Assembly: GCA_050180135.1 (NCBI GenBank)
Contig: JBFXEM010000001.1
Span: forward strand, 2,667-66,666
Direction: 5' to 3'
Length of the DNA: 64,000 nt
Origin: Solirubrobacterales bacterium
GTDB lineage: Bacteria > Actinomycetota > Thermoleophilia > Solirubrobacterales > 70-9
A program made the translations under genes and the position numbers. The notes beneath the pieces are model-generated. The model was not told the origin of the DNA. It saw nothing but the letters and a program-made list of their open reading frames with translations, and ran no database searches. Below are positions 17,350 to 27,048 of the stretch, piece after piece (the first letter of the stretch is position 1; each line of letters begins with the position of its first letter).

Positions 17350-18557
17350 AGCTTCTTGTAGTTGGATTTGAAGTCCGTGGTTCCGTACCACGATTCTTCG
17401 CTTGCATCGAGGTCGATTTCGTCGAGGTTTTCCTCGGTGAACATCCGCAGCGGAATGTTCTCGTCGTCGACGGGAGGCTGGCCGGAAAGGACACGGAGCG
17501 ACTGGTCCGCAAGCCCCCAGCCCAGCCAGGTGTACGCGCCGCCGACATCGGCGGCCATGGTGTCACCCTGGGCCATCATTTCCACTACGGCCGGGGTGGC
17601 GTTCAGGCTCACTACCCTGACGTCCGGTTTATTCGCCTGTTCGACGGCCGGCACCACGGTGATCGCCATGCCGTCGTAGAGCGGCATCAGGTATTTCGCA
17701 TCGGGATTCGAAAGCAGCGTCGACCGCGTCAGCGTCGGCAGACGCTTTCCCCAGTCGGCGATTGCCACGTTTTCGATGTTGAAGTCACAGTCCGGGCAGA
17801 GCTCGTCGAACTCGTTTTCGATACCCGCGAGCTCGTCTTCGCCGCTGGTCACTTCTTCGGAGACGAAGATCGTGCCCTTCGCATCCCCCTCGCTGTCGGC
17901 GATCACGTAGTCGGCCATCAGCGCGCCGGCGCATGAGTAACAGGACGTACCGGAAGCGGCGACGGTCGGCAGCTGGACCTTCCCGGGGTCGCCGTTGATC
18001 GCTTCGATCACTTTGACACCGGCACGATCGGCGTCGGCGACGGCGCCCGCGACGAGTTTGGGAGAGATCGACATCAGGACGACCGCGTCGTAGTTCTGCG
18101 AGATCGCCGTTTCCATCCCGCGGTTGAATTCCGACACCTGGCCCTTACCGTCGAACAGGTCGACCTGAACGCCGCCTTCTTTGGCGCCTTCGGACATCGC
18201 GTTGTAGATGTTTTCGACCACGGGGATCTTCGCGTCTACCGCGATGTAGAGAACTTTTTTGCCATCCGCTTTCTTCGCATCGAAGGCCGGGCCCGGCTGT
18301 TCCCATTTCGGTTCGACCATCGCCGCCTGCAGCCGTTCCCTGGCGGTCTCCACCGCGGAGTCGCCGCCGCCTTCGCTCGAACTGGTGCCTTCGGATCCAG
18401 CCGTCTCCGAGCCGGAGCTGCCCGAATCCGAATCGCTCGAGCCGCAGGCCGCGAGAAACAGCACAGTCAGAAGCGCCATCAGCGCGAGCAAAGTGCGGTA
18501 GGCGCCGGTCCTGCGCCGACTGGCTCGGGGAACGCCCCTCTTATCGGTGTTCGACAT
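17334..18557 (-). CDS. ABC transporter substrate-binding lipoprotein (type I periplasmic-binding fold, sugar-family), copy A
   Basis: Lipobox 'FLAACGSSDS', Ser/Gly linker, PBP-like body. ATG 18557 follows AAAGGAGAGA. Confidence 0.85.
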   Translation of the reverse strand: MSNTDKRGVPRASRRRTGAYRTLLALMALLTVLFLAACGSSDSDSGSSGSETAGSEGTSSSEGGGDSAVETARERLQAAMVEPKWEQPGPAFDAKKADGKKVLYIAVDAKIPVVENIYNAMSEGAKEGGVQVDLFDGKGQVSEFNRGMETAISQNYDAVVLMSISPKLVAGAVADADRAGVKVIEAINGDPGKVQLPTVAASGTSCYSCAGALMADYVIADSEGDAKGTIFVSEEVTSGEDELAGIENEFDELCPDCDFNIENVAIADWGKRLPTLTRSTLLSNPDAKYLMPLYDGMAITVVPAVEQANKPDVRVVSLNATPAVVEMMAQGDTMAADVGGAYTWLGWGLADQSLRVLSGQPPVDDENIPLRMFTEENLDEIDLDASEESWYGTTDFKSNYKKLWQVE

Positions 18558-18640
18558 CAATCTCTCCTTTTGGTTTGACTTTCGGCCTTCCCAGGCCGGA
18601 CGGCTTCATCCACGTCTTCGGCTTTCCCGTAACCGAACTG

Positions 18641-19552
18641 TCAGCCGCCCGCGCGAGCGCGGGCGACGAGCTTCGCGAACGTGACTGCGATGATCAGCGA
18701 GGCGCCGTAGAAAAACTGTTCGACCCAGCCGATCGCTCCGAGGAGCTGCAGTCCGGTAATGCCGGTGACCAGGAAGTAGACGGCCACGAACGCACCCCAG
18801 GGGTTGAATCGCCCTGGGACGATGGCGGTGGCGCCGAGGTATGCGGCAGCGAAGGCCGGCAGCAGGTAGCTGGGGCCGACACTGGGATCCGAGCCCCCCA
18901 AGGTTCCGGCCAGGACAACGCCGGCGAGAGCGGCGAAGAAGCCGGAGAAGACGAGTGACCCGACGCGTAGCTGGTCGACGCGCAGACCGGTCAGACGACC
19001 GACCTCGCGACCGGCGCCGACGAAGTAGAGATAACGCCCAAGGGGCGTGTACGAGTACACGTACCAGATGAGGATGGTCAGGAACAAGCCGAACCAGAAG
19101 GCCATCTGAATCCCGAGGAACTGGTCGCGGGCGAGTTCGACCAGTCCGCGATCAATGCCACTGATGGTCGAGTTCTCCACGCCAATTGCGATCCCGGCGA
19201 GCAGGGTCCCCATGCCGAGCGTGACGACCAAGGACTCGACCCCGACGACGACGACGAAGAAGGCGTTGATGAAGCCGACGACGATTCCTGCCAGCAGGGC
19301 GATCAACACCGCGAGCACGATCGGCCAGCCCATGGTCACGTTGAGCCAGCCGACCAGGGTGAGCGAAAGGCCGAGCATGCCGGCGACCGACAGGTCGTAC
19401 TCCCCGGCGCTCAGAGGAACGATCAAGCTGAGAGTGAGGATCAGCAGCACCGCCTGGGACCCAAAGATGGTCTGGAAGTTCGAGGCGGTGAGAAACGTGT
19501 CCGGCTTGAGGATGCCGAAGATCGCGATCAGGGCGATCCAGGCCAGCACCAA
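18641..19552 (-). CDS. ABC transporter permease (RbsC/AraH-like), copy A; TTG start directly at TM1
   Basis: Hydrophobic 303 aa, colinear with 48370..49422. The upstream frame is closed by TAG (19616-19618), with no ATG or GTG before the TTG at 19552. Confidence 0.8.
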   Translation of the reverse strand: MVLAWIALIAIFGILKPDTFLTASNFQTIFGSQAVLLILTLSLIVPLSAGEYDLSVAGMLGLSLTLVGWLNVTMGWPIVLAVLIALLAGIVVGFINAFFVVVVGVESLVVTLGMGTLLAGIAIGVENSTISGIDRGLVELARDQFLGIQMAFWFGLFLTILIWYVYSYTPLGRYLYFVGAGREVGRLTGLRVDQLRVGSLVFSGFFAALAGVVLAGTLGGSDPSVGPSYLLPAFAAAYLGATAIVPGRFNPWGAFVAVYFLVTGITGLQLLGAIGWVEQFFYGASLIIAVTFAKLVARARAGG

Positions 19553-19670
19553 GGCGAACCGGTAGCTGAAGTCGACGACGATTTTCCGGCGAGCGGGCGC
19601 GGAAGGCTCGCTCTGCTACGGTTCGTTTGTTGGCGCGGTTGTAGCCAAGTTCACTGTTGTCTATTCCCCT

Positions 19671-19686
19671 GTGCCGCTTGCGGCAC
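19671..19686 (-). promoter_or_regulatory. hairpin GTGCCG-cttg-CGGCAC in the predicted 5' leader of ABC/hyu operon A
   Basis: Lies between the predicted -10 (19697-19702) and the permease start. A hairpin sits at the equivalent place in copy B. Confidence 0.3.
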
Positions 19687-19696
19687 ATCCAGGTGG

Positions 19697-19726
19697 GTTA
19701 TATCAGACCCACGTTGACAGATGCAA
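19697..19726 (-). promoter_or_regulatory. sigma-70-like promoter of ABC/hyu operon A (TTGCAT-18-TATAAC on the minus strand)
   Basis: The -35 is the reverse complement of atgcaa (19721-19726). The -10 is the reverse complement of gttata (19697-19702). Position and sequence are conserved with copy B (49428-49456). Confidence 0.4.
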
Positions 19727-19772
19727 TAGTCCAGTTAGGCAATTGCTGCCCTAAGACATAGGGACACGTGCT

Positions 19773-20636
19773 TTAGGCGTAGCTGTACAAGCCGCGGTTC
19801 GCCTTCCTGCCGTTCAGCCCGGCGGAAACCAGACGCTGCAGGAGCGGCGGCGGGGCGAAGAGCTGCTCGCGATGCTCGGCGTAGAGCGTCTCCGCCACGC
19901 CCATCACGGTGTCGAGCCCGATCAGGTCCGCGAGGGCAAGTGGCCCCATCGGGTGGGCACAGCCCTCGACCATCCCCTTGTCGATGTCCTCTGCGGAAGC
20001 CAGGCCCTGTTCGAGCATGCGGATCGCGGACAGCAGGTAGGGGATCAGCAGCGCGTTGACGGTGAAGCCGGCCCGGTCGGGAGCGACGATCGGGTCCTTG
20101 CCCAACCGGTCACGGGCAAAGGTGGATGCGCGCTCGACCGCCCGTGGGGCAGTCAGCAGCGACGGGATCACCTCGACCAGCGAGAGCACCGGCACCGGGT
20201 TGAAGAAGTGGAGGCCGAGGACCTGCGGCGCCCGGTCGCCAACCACGCTGCCGAGCTCGACGATCGGGATCGAGGAGGTGTTCGAGCAGAGCAGCGCGTC
20301 GGGGGACGTGACGATCTCACTCAGGGCCCGGAAGACGCCGAGCTTGACCCCCTTGTTCTCGACGACGGCCTCGACCACGAGATCGCGGTCGGCGAGATCC
20401 TCCAGCGTGTCGCCCGTCCGCAACCTCGCGAGCGCGGTCCCGACCGTGGCCGCCTCGAGCTTGCCGCGGTCGACCGCCTTGTTCAACGACCTCTCGATTC
20501 GGCTGCGAGCGGCCGTGGCGGCCCCCTCGTCGGCCTCAACGAGGACGACGTCGAGGCCGGCGCGGACACAGACCTCGGCGACCCCGGAGCCCATGATGCC
20601 GCCGCCGACCACCCCGACCTTGTCGATCTCCGCCAT
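19773..20636 (-). CDS. hbd: 3-hydroxybutyryl-CoA dehydrogenase (3-hydroxyacyl-CoA dehydrogenase, NAD-binding)
   Basis: 'VGVVGGGIMGSGVAEV', 'HFFNPVPVLSLVEVIPS', 'MGPLALADLIGLD'. 287 aa. Confidence 0.9.
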   Translation of the reverse strand: MAEIDKVGVVGGGIMGSGVAEVCVRAGLDVVLVEADEGAATAARSRIERSLNKAVDRGKLEAATVGTALARLRTGDTLEDLADRDLVVEAVVENKGVKLGVFRALSEIVTSPDALLCSNTSSIPIVELGSVVGDRAPQVLGLHFFNPVPVLSLVEVIPSLLTAPRAVERASTFARDRLGKDPIVAPDRAGFTVNALLIPYLLSAIRMLEQGLASAEDIDKGMVEGCAHPMGPLALADLIGLDTVMGVAETLYAEHREQLFAPPPLLQRLVSAGLNGRKANRGLYSYA

Positions 20637-20650
20637 CGCCGCCGCGGACC

Positions 20651-21085
20651 TCAGGCGCCGGCCTGCTCGTCGACGCCGTCGACGATGAACTTGATGATGT
20701 CCTCGGTGCGGGTGCCGGGGCCGAACACCTCGGTCACACCGACCCGCTTCAGCTGCGCCGCGTCCTCCTCGGGAATCGTGCCGCCGACCAGGAAGAGCAC
20801 GTCCTCGCGATCGTTTTCGCGCAACAGCGTGCAGAGGTCTTCCGCGTACTCCATGTGGGCGCCGGAGAGGCTGGAGAGTCCCAGCACTTGGGCGTCCTCT
20901 TGAATCACCGCGCGCAGGATCGACTCCGGCGTCTGGAAGATGCCGGTGTAGACAACCTCCATCCCGGCGTCGCGCAGGGAGCGGGCCACGACCTTGGCGC
21001 CACGGTCGTGGCCGTCGAGTCCGGGCTTGGCGACGACGACCTTGATCGGCGGGGCCTGGGGGCTGCTGGTGGTTGAACCACTCAT
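20651..21085 (-). CDS. B12-binding small subunit of split acyl-CoA mutase, copy A
   Basis: Real start ATG 21085 after AAGGAG. '[34 protein letters not shown]' carries the DxHxxG cobalamin motif. 144 aa. Confidence 0.9.
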   Translation of the reverse strand: MSGSTTSSPQAPPIKVVVAKPGLDGHDRGAKVVARSLRDAGMEVVYTGIFQTPESILRAVIQEDAQVLGLSSLSGAHMEYAEDLCTLLRENDREDVLFLVGGTIPEEDAAQLKRVGVTEVFGPGTRTEDIIKFIVDGVDEQAGA

Positions 21086-21105
21086 GTCGGTTCTCCTTTC
21101 GTGAC

Positions 21106-22790
<1,685 letters not shown>

Positions 22791-22803
<13 letters not shown>

Positions 22804-23696
22804 CTCTTTGCTGCCTCCTCCAGGATCGTTTTGACCGCGCTGCCGAGGTCAAGGTCTTGTTGCGGGATTTCGTCGGCGCAGGAACGGGTCCAGGCCTCCG
22901 CGATCAGCGCCGCCTCCCGGGCGCGCTTGTGTGCTCGCAGCTCGTCGATGCCGCCGTCGCTCTGCAGGCGCTGCCAGCGCTCGTCGACCGCGGTCCGAAA
23001 CTCGTCGACCCCCACCCCTTCGGTGGCGATCGTGGTCGTCACGTAGAACTCGCGGCCAAGGGTGAGGCGCAGGTGGCGGACCGTCTCCGGGGCGCCAGGG
23101 CGGTCGGCCATGTTGACGACGACCATGTCGGCGACCTCCATCAGGCCGGCCTTGATCGCCTGCACCGCGTCGCCGAGGCCCGGCACCGTGACCAGGGCGA
23201 TCGTGTCGGCGAGCTCGGCGATCGCGACCTCGGTCTGCCCGGCGCCGACCGTCTCGATCAGGATCACGTCGAAGGAGCCGGAGAGCTCGAGCAGGCGGGC
23301 GACGTTGCGGGTGGCGCCGGCGATCGCACCATGCGATCCGCGGCTCGCGAGGCTGCGCACGAAGACGTCTTCTCGTCCCATCAGGTGGGTCTCCATCCGC
23401 AGCCGGTCGCCGAGTACGGCGCCGCCGGTGATCGGGCTCGAGGGGTCGATCGCCAGCACCGCGACCCGCGCCCCCGCCTCCGAGTAGGACTCGATCAGGC
23501 GCCCGGTCAGGGTGCTCTTGCCGGCGCCCGGGGGCCCGGTGATCCCGACCACGTGGACCGGCAGCTCGGGTGGCGGCAGCGTGACCTGCCAAGGCGGGCT
23601 GTTCTCGATCCGGGTTATGGCTCGTGCGAGCGGGCCCCAACCGCCACTGGTGGCGTGCTTCTCCAGCAACGCCTGAAACTCAGTTTGCCCGTACAA
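22791..23696 (-). CDS. meaB: MeaB/ArgK-type G-protein chaperone for the mutase, copy A
   Basis: TTG start at 23696 by alignment with copy B. P-loop '[18 protein letters not shown]'. Overlaps the ligase by 17 nt and the mutase by 13 nt. Confidence 0.85.
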
Positions 23697-25182
23697 GTTC
23701 GATCTCCCCGTCGAGGATCTGCTGGCGGATGACGGCCTTCGCCGACTTGCCGATTCCGGTCGAAGGCAACTCCTCGACGACGGCTGCGCCAGACGGGCGC
23801 TTGAACGACGCGAGGTCGCGGCGGCAGTGCTCGAGGATCGCCGTGGCATCGAGCTCGCTTCCGTTCGCCGGAACGACGACGACCACCGGCGTCTCACCCC
23901 AGCGCTCGTCGGGGATACCGACGACGGCAGCGGTGGTGACCGCGGGGTGCCGGCAGGCGACGGCCTCGATCTCGGCCGGCGCGATGTTGAGGCCGCCGCT
24001 GATGATCAGGTCCTTGAGGCGGCCGGTCAGATAGACGCGACCGTCCTCGTCGAATCGTCCGATGTCGCCGGTCCGCATCGCCCCATCAGGCATCCGCGCC
24101 GACGCCGTCGCCTCGGGGTCGCCGAGGTAGCCGAGCATCTTCGAGGGGCTCTTGCAAGCGAGCTCCCCGGCTCCACCGTCGAGGATCTCCCCGCCCTTCT
24201 CGTCGATCGCGATCAGCCCAGAGCTGGGAAAGGGAACGCCGACTGAACTCGGGACCTGGCGCAGGAGACGGTCGCTGGCGGCGGTGATCGTCAGCAGCTC
24301 GGTCATGCCGTAGAACTGGTGCGTCTCCACGTCCGGCAGGGCGTCCCACCACCGTTCGAGCAGGCTGACGGGCATCGGCTCGGAGGCGAACGACACCCAG
24401 TGAAGCCCGGCCAGATCCTCGTGCGGGGCCTGGTCGAGCAACCTCGCCATCACGGTTGGGACCGCGTTCAGGGCCGTCGCCTCGCGAGCCGCTCTGGCGA
24501 CCCGCTCGGCGTCGAAGCCGGGCAGCACGTCGAGCGCGCCGCCGGTGCAGAGCGTTGGCAGCACCTGCTCCGGAACCGAGGCGTAGAAGGGAAGAAATGC
24601 GACGTTGCGGTCGCGGGGGCCGAACGGCAGCCCTGCGGCCATCTGCAGAGCCGCGTGAAGCAGCGTCCCCTGCGAATGAACGACACCCTTGGGGCGGCCG
24701 GTGCTGCCGCTGGTCAGGAGGATGCAAGCGGGTGAGCTTGGCCCGAGGCGGGGAAGGTAGCCCGACCTGCCGGCTGGCAGCTTGTCGAGCGACCAAACCG
24801 GGAGCTCCTCGGCGATCGTCTCGCGCACCTCGCCGTCGACCTTGCCGGCAATCAAGCCGCTGGCCTCGACCAGCGCGAGCTGCTCGCGCGTCGCGCCGGC
24901 GTCGAGCATCGCGTTGATCGGGACGACGACGCAGCCGGCGCGCATGATCCCGAAGTAGGCCGCGAGGTAGGCCGGCTCGTTCGCGCCCAAGAGCGCAACC
25001 CGGTCGCCCTGGGCAAGACCGAGATCCTTCGTCAGGTGCTGGGAAATATTCCCGGCGCGCTCCCAGAGCTCCCCATAGGTCCAGACGACACCGTCGCCGA
25101 TGACCGCCGGCCAGCTCGACTGCGCCCGGGCGACGGCGGCGATCCAAGCGACCAGCGTCTGCGGCGTCCTCGCTGCGCTCAC
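23680..25182 (-). CDS. AMP-forming acyl-CoA ligase (ANL superfamily), copy A
   Basis: GTG 25182 lies 1 nt after the upstream TGA. 'ILLTSGSTGRPKGVVHSQ', 'FYGMTE', 'TGDIGRFDEDGRVYLTGRLKDLIISGG'. Confidence 0.85.
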   Translation of the reverse strand: MSAARTPQTLVAWIAAVARAQSSWPAVIGDGVVWTYGELWERAGNISQHLTKDLGLAQGDRVALLGANEPAYLAAYFGIMRAGCVVVPINAMLDAGATREQLALVEASGLIAGKVDGEVRETIAEELPVWSLDKLPAGRSGYLPRLGPSSPACILLTSGSTGRPKGVVHSQGTLLHAALQMAAGLPFGPRDRNVAFLPFYASVPEQVLPTLCTGGALDVLPGFDAERVARAAREATALNAVPTVMARLLDQAPHEDLAGLHWVSFASEPMPVSLLERWWDALPDVETHQFYGMTELLTITAASDRLLRQVPSSVGVPFPSSGLIAIDEKGGEILDGGAGELACKSPSKMLGYLGDPEATASARMPDGAMRTGDIGRFDEDGRVYLTGRLKDLIISGGLNIAPAEIEAVACRHPAVTTAAVVGIPDERWGETPVVVVVPANGSELDATAILEHCRRDLASFKRPSGAAVVEELPSTGIGKSAKAVIRQQILDGEIELVRAN

Positions 25183-25183
25183 C

Positions 25184-26014
25184 TCAGCTCGCCTTGTTGT
25201 CTCGGGTCGTGGTGGAGACGACGATCGTCGCGCTCGCACGGGCTGCCAGGATCGGCTCGCTGGCCTGAAGCTTTCCCTGCTCGTCGACCGAAGCGACCTT
25301 GTGGATCTCGGCGGCAATGCGCCGGCTGCTGCGACCGCGCTCGACGACTCGGGCCCGGCCTTCGATGAAGTCACCGACCCGCAGCGGCGCCAGGAACTCG
25401 ACCATGTCGTAGGCGACGCAGAGACCCTCGTCACCGCCCTCGCGCAGCGCCAGCTCGGTCTCGAGATCGGCGAAGATCTCCATCGATTTCGAGCCAGCCG
25501 CGATCCCACCGGCGTAGCGGGCGTCGGCGGGGGCGAGCCGCAACCTGATCACCGACTCGAACTCATCGGTCGAGCTGGGTGCCACGTCTTGGCTCTGGGT
25601 CAAGGTGCCGCCTTGGCTCCCGGCCGTCGCGAGCCCCTCGATCTCGACCTGAGCGCCGCCGATCAGACCGCTGACCTCGACCAGCGTCGAGGCCGGGTAG
25701 TGGCCGTGCAACCGAGCCCGAAAGCAAGTGCCGATGTCCGCAAGGGCAGCTGAGTAGGCCGCCAGATCGGTGACGAAGGTCCGCAGGTGCAAGAGGTCTC
25801 CGGGGTTACCGCCGATTTCCTCCAGGCTGGCGATTACCTTCGCGAGGGCCGAGTCGAACTCGGCGGTGAAGCCCTCCTTCGCCTCGATGACTTCTGGCTT
25901 GGCGGTGTGCCCAGCTAGTGCGATCACCTTCCCCGCACGGGCGGCCCGGTTGTAGCCGGGCTGCGGGCCAGCGAGGGTTACGGCAGATTGGCGATGCGTG
26001 TACTGGTTGTCCAT
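25184..26014 (-). CDS. RidA/YjgF-like domain fused to a hotdog-fold domain (resembles 3-aminobutyryl-CoA ammonia-lyase / thioesterase fold), copy A
   Basis: N-terminal half: '...LRTFVTDLAAY...YPASTLVEVSGLIGGAQVEIEGLA' (RidA pattern). C-terminal half: 'IRLRLAPADARYAGGIAAGSKSMEIFADLETELALREGGDEGLCVAYDMVEFLAPLRVGDFIEG'. Confidence 0.7.
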   Translation of the reverse strand: MDNQYTHRQSAVTLAGPQPGYNRAARAGKVIALAGHTAKPEVIEAKEGFTAEFDSALAKVIASLEEIGGNPGDLLHLRTFVTDLAAYSAALADIGTCFRARLHGHYPASTLVEVSGLIGGAQVEIEGLATAGSQGGTLTQSQDVAPSSTDEFESVIRLRLAPADARYAGGIAAGSKSMEIFADLETELALREGGDEGLCVAYDMVEFLAPLRVGDFIEGRARVVERGRSSRRIAAEIHKVASVDEQGKLQASEPILAARASATIVVSTTTRDNKAS

Positions 26015-26256
26015 GTCAGAAGATGGCTCCACTGTTCGTTTGTCCGCCCCGAAAAACAGCCGACACAGAGCTACCGGCACTCTGCATCGGCCATTATTTG
26101 CCCCATGCTACTAGGTCAAATGGGATCGTGCTCGCAGCCTGCGTGGGCAGGCGAGATCAGGGGACTCGACGTCGCCCGCGCCTTCTGCGCGATGGATAGT
26201 CGGCAGATCGCAATCGGACCGTGACAAGCCCAGCGATCTGTGACAAAGTTGAACCG

Positions 26257-26481
26257 ATGAGCTATGACGAAACCCAGGGCGGCGAGATCGAGTGCTTCGT
26301 CGGAGACGGCCGCAAAATAAGCCTCTATTCCCCAGTCGGCCCTGCGAGCTGCGATCGCTGCGGGGAGACCGCCAACGACGTCGAGTACATGGTCTATGAC
26401 AAAGGCGAGCCGCAGGCGAGCGGGGGGCTGTGCGGTCTCTGCCTGATCGCCGCCCTGCCGGCAGAGCGGAAGGCTGGCTGA
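26257..26481 (+). CDS. small CxxC...CxxC zinc-ribbon-like protein upstream of the adenosyltransferase
   Basis: MSYDETQGGEIECFVGDGRKISLYSPVGPASCDRCGETANDVEYMVYDKGEPQASGGLCGLCLIAALPAERKAG. Ends 3 nt before pduO-type ATG. The start is uncertain (GTG 26221 is possible). Confidence 0.4.
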   Translation: MSYDETQGGEIECFVGDGRKISLYSPVGPASCDRCGETANDVEYMVYDKGEPQASGGLCGLCLIAALPAERKAG

Positions 26482-26484
26482 CCG

Positions 26485-27048
26485 ATGGCTGCGATCAATC
26501 TCACCCGGATCTACACGCGCCTCGGCGACGGCGGCGAGACCCACCTGGGCGACATGAGTCGCGTCCCCAAGACGCATCCACGACTCGAGGCCTACGGAAC
26601 GATCGACGAGCTGAACGCGCACGTCGGCGCGGCGATCGCCGGCGGCGGACTGAGCGAGGAGCACGCGCGTTGGATGGCGCGCATCCAGAACGATCTGTTC
26701 GACCTCGGCGCGGACCTCTCGCTGCCGCCAACCACCGAGGGCGAGCAGAAGCTCCGGGTACTGCCGTCGCAGACCGAATGGCTCGAGGGTTGCTGCGACG
26801 AGGCCAACTCTGACCTCGAGCCCCTGCGCTCATTCGTCCTTCCCGGCGGCAGTCCCGCCGCGGCCGCCCTTCATATCTGCCGCACGGTCTCCCGTCGGGC
26901 CGAGCGGCGAGCGATCCTCGTCGAGGATGGGAATCCCGAGGTCGTCCGCTATCTCAATCGCCTCTCGGACCTTTTCTTCATCCTCGCTCGCGTCGCGAAC
27001 GCGGGCGGAACCGAACCGCTCTGGCAGCCCGGCGCGTCTCAGGACTGA
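26485..27048 (+). CDS. pduO: PduO-type ATP:cob(I)alamin adenosyltransferase
   Basis: 'IYTRLGDGGETHL', 'EAYGTIDELNAHVG', 'FVLPGGSPAAAALHICRTVSRRAER'. Confidence 0.9.
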   Translation: MAAINLTRIYTRLGDGGETHLGDMSRVPKTHPRLEAYGTIDELNAHVGAAIAGGGLSEEHARWMARIQNDLFDLGADLSLPPTTEGEQKLRVLPSQTEWLEGCCDEANSDLEPLRSFVLPGGSPAAAALHICRTVSRRAERRAILVEDGNPEVVRYLNRLSDLFFILARVANAGGTEPLWQPGASQD

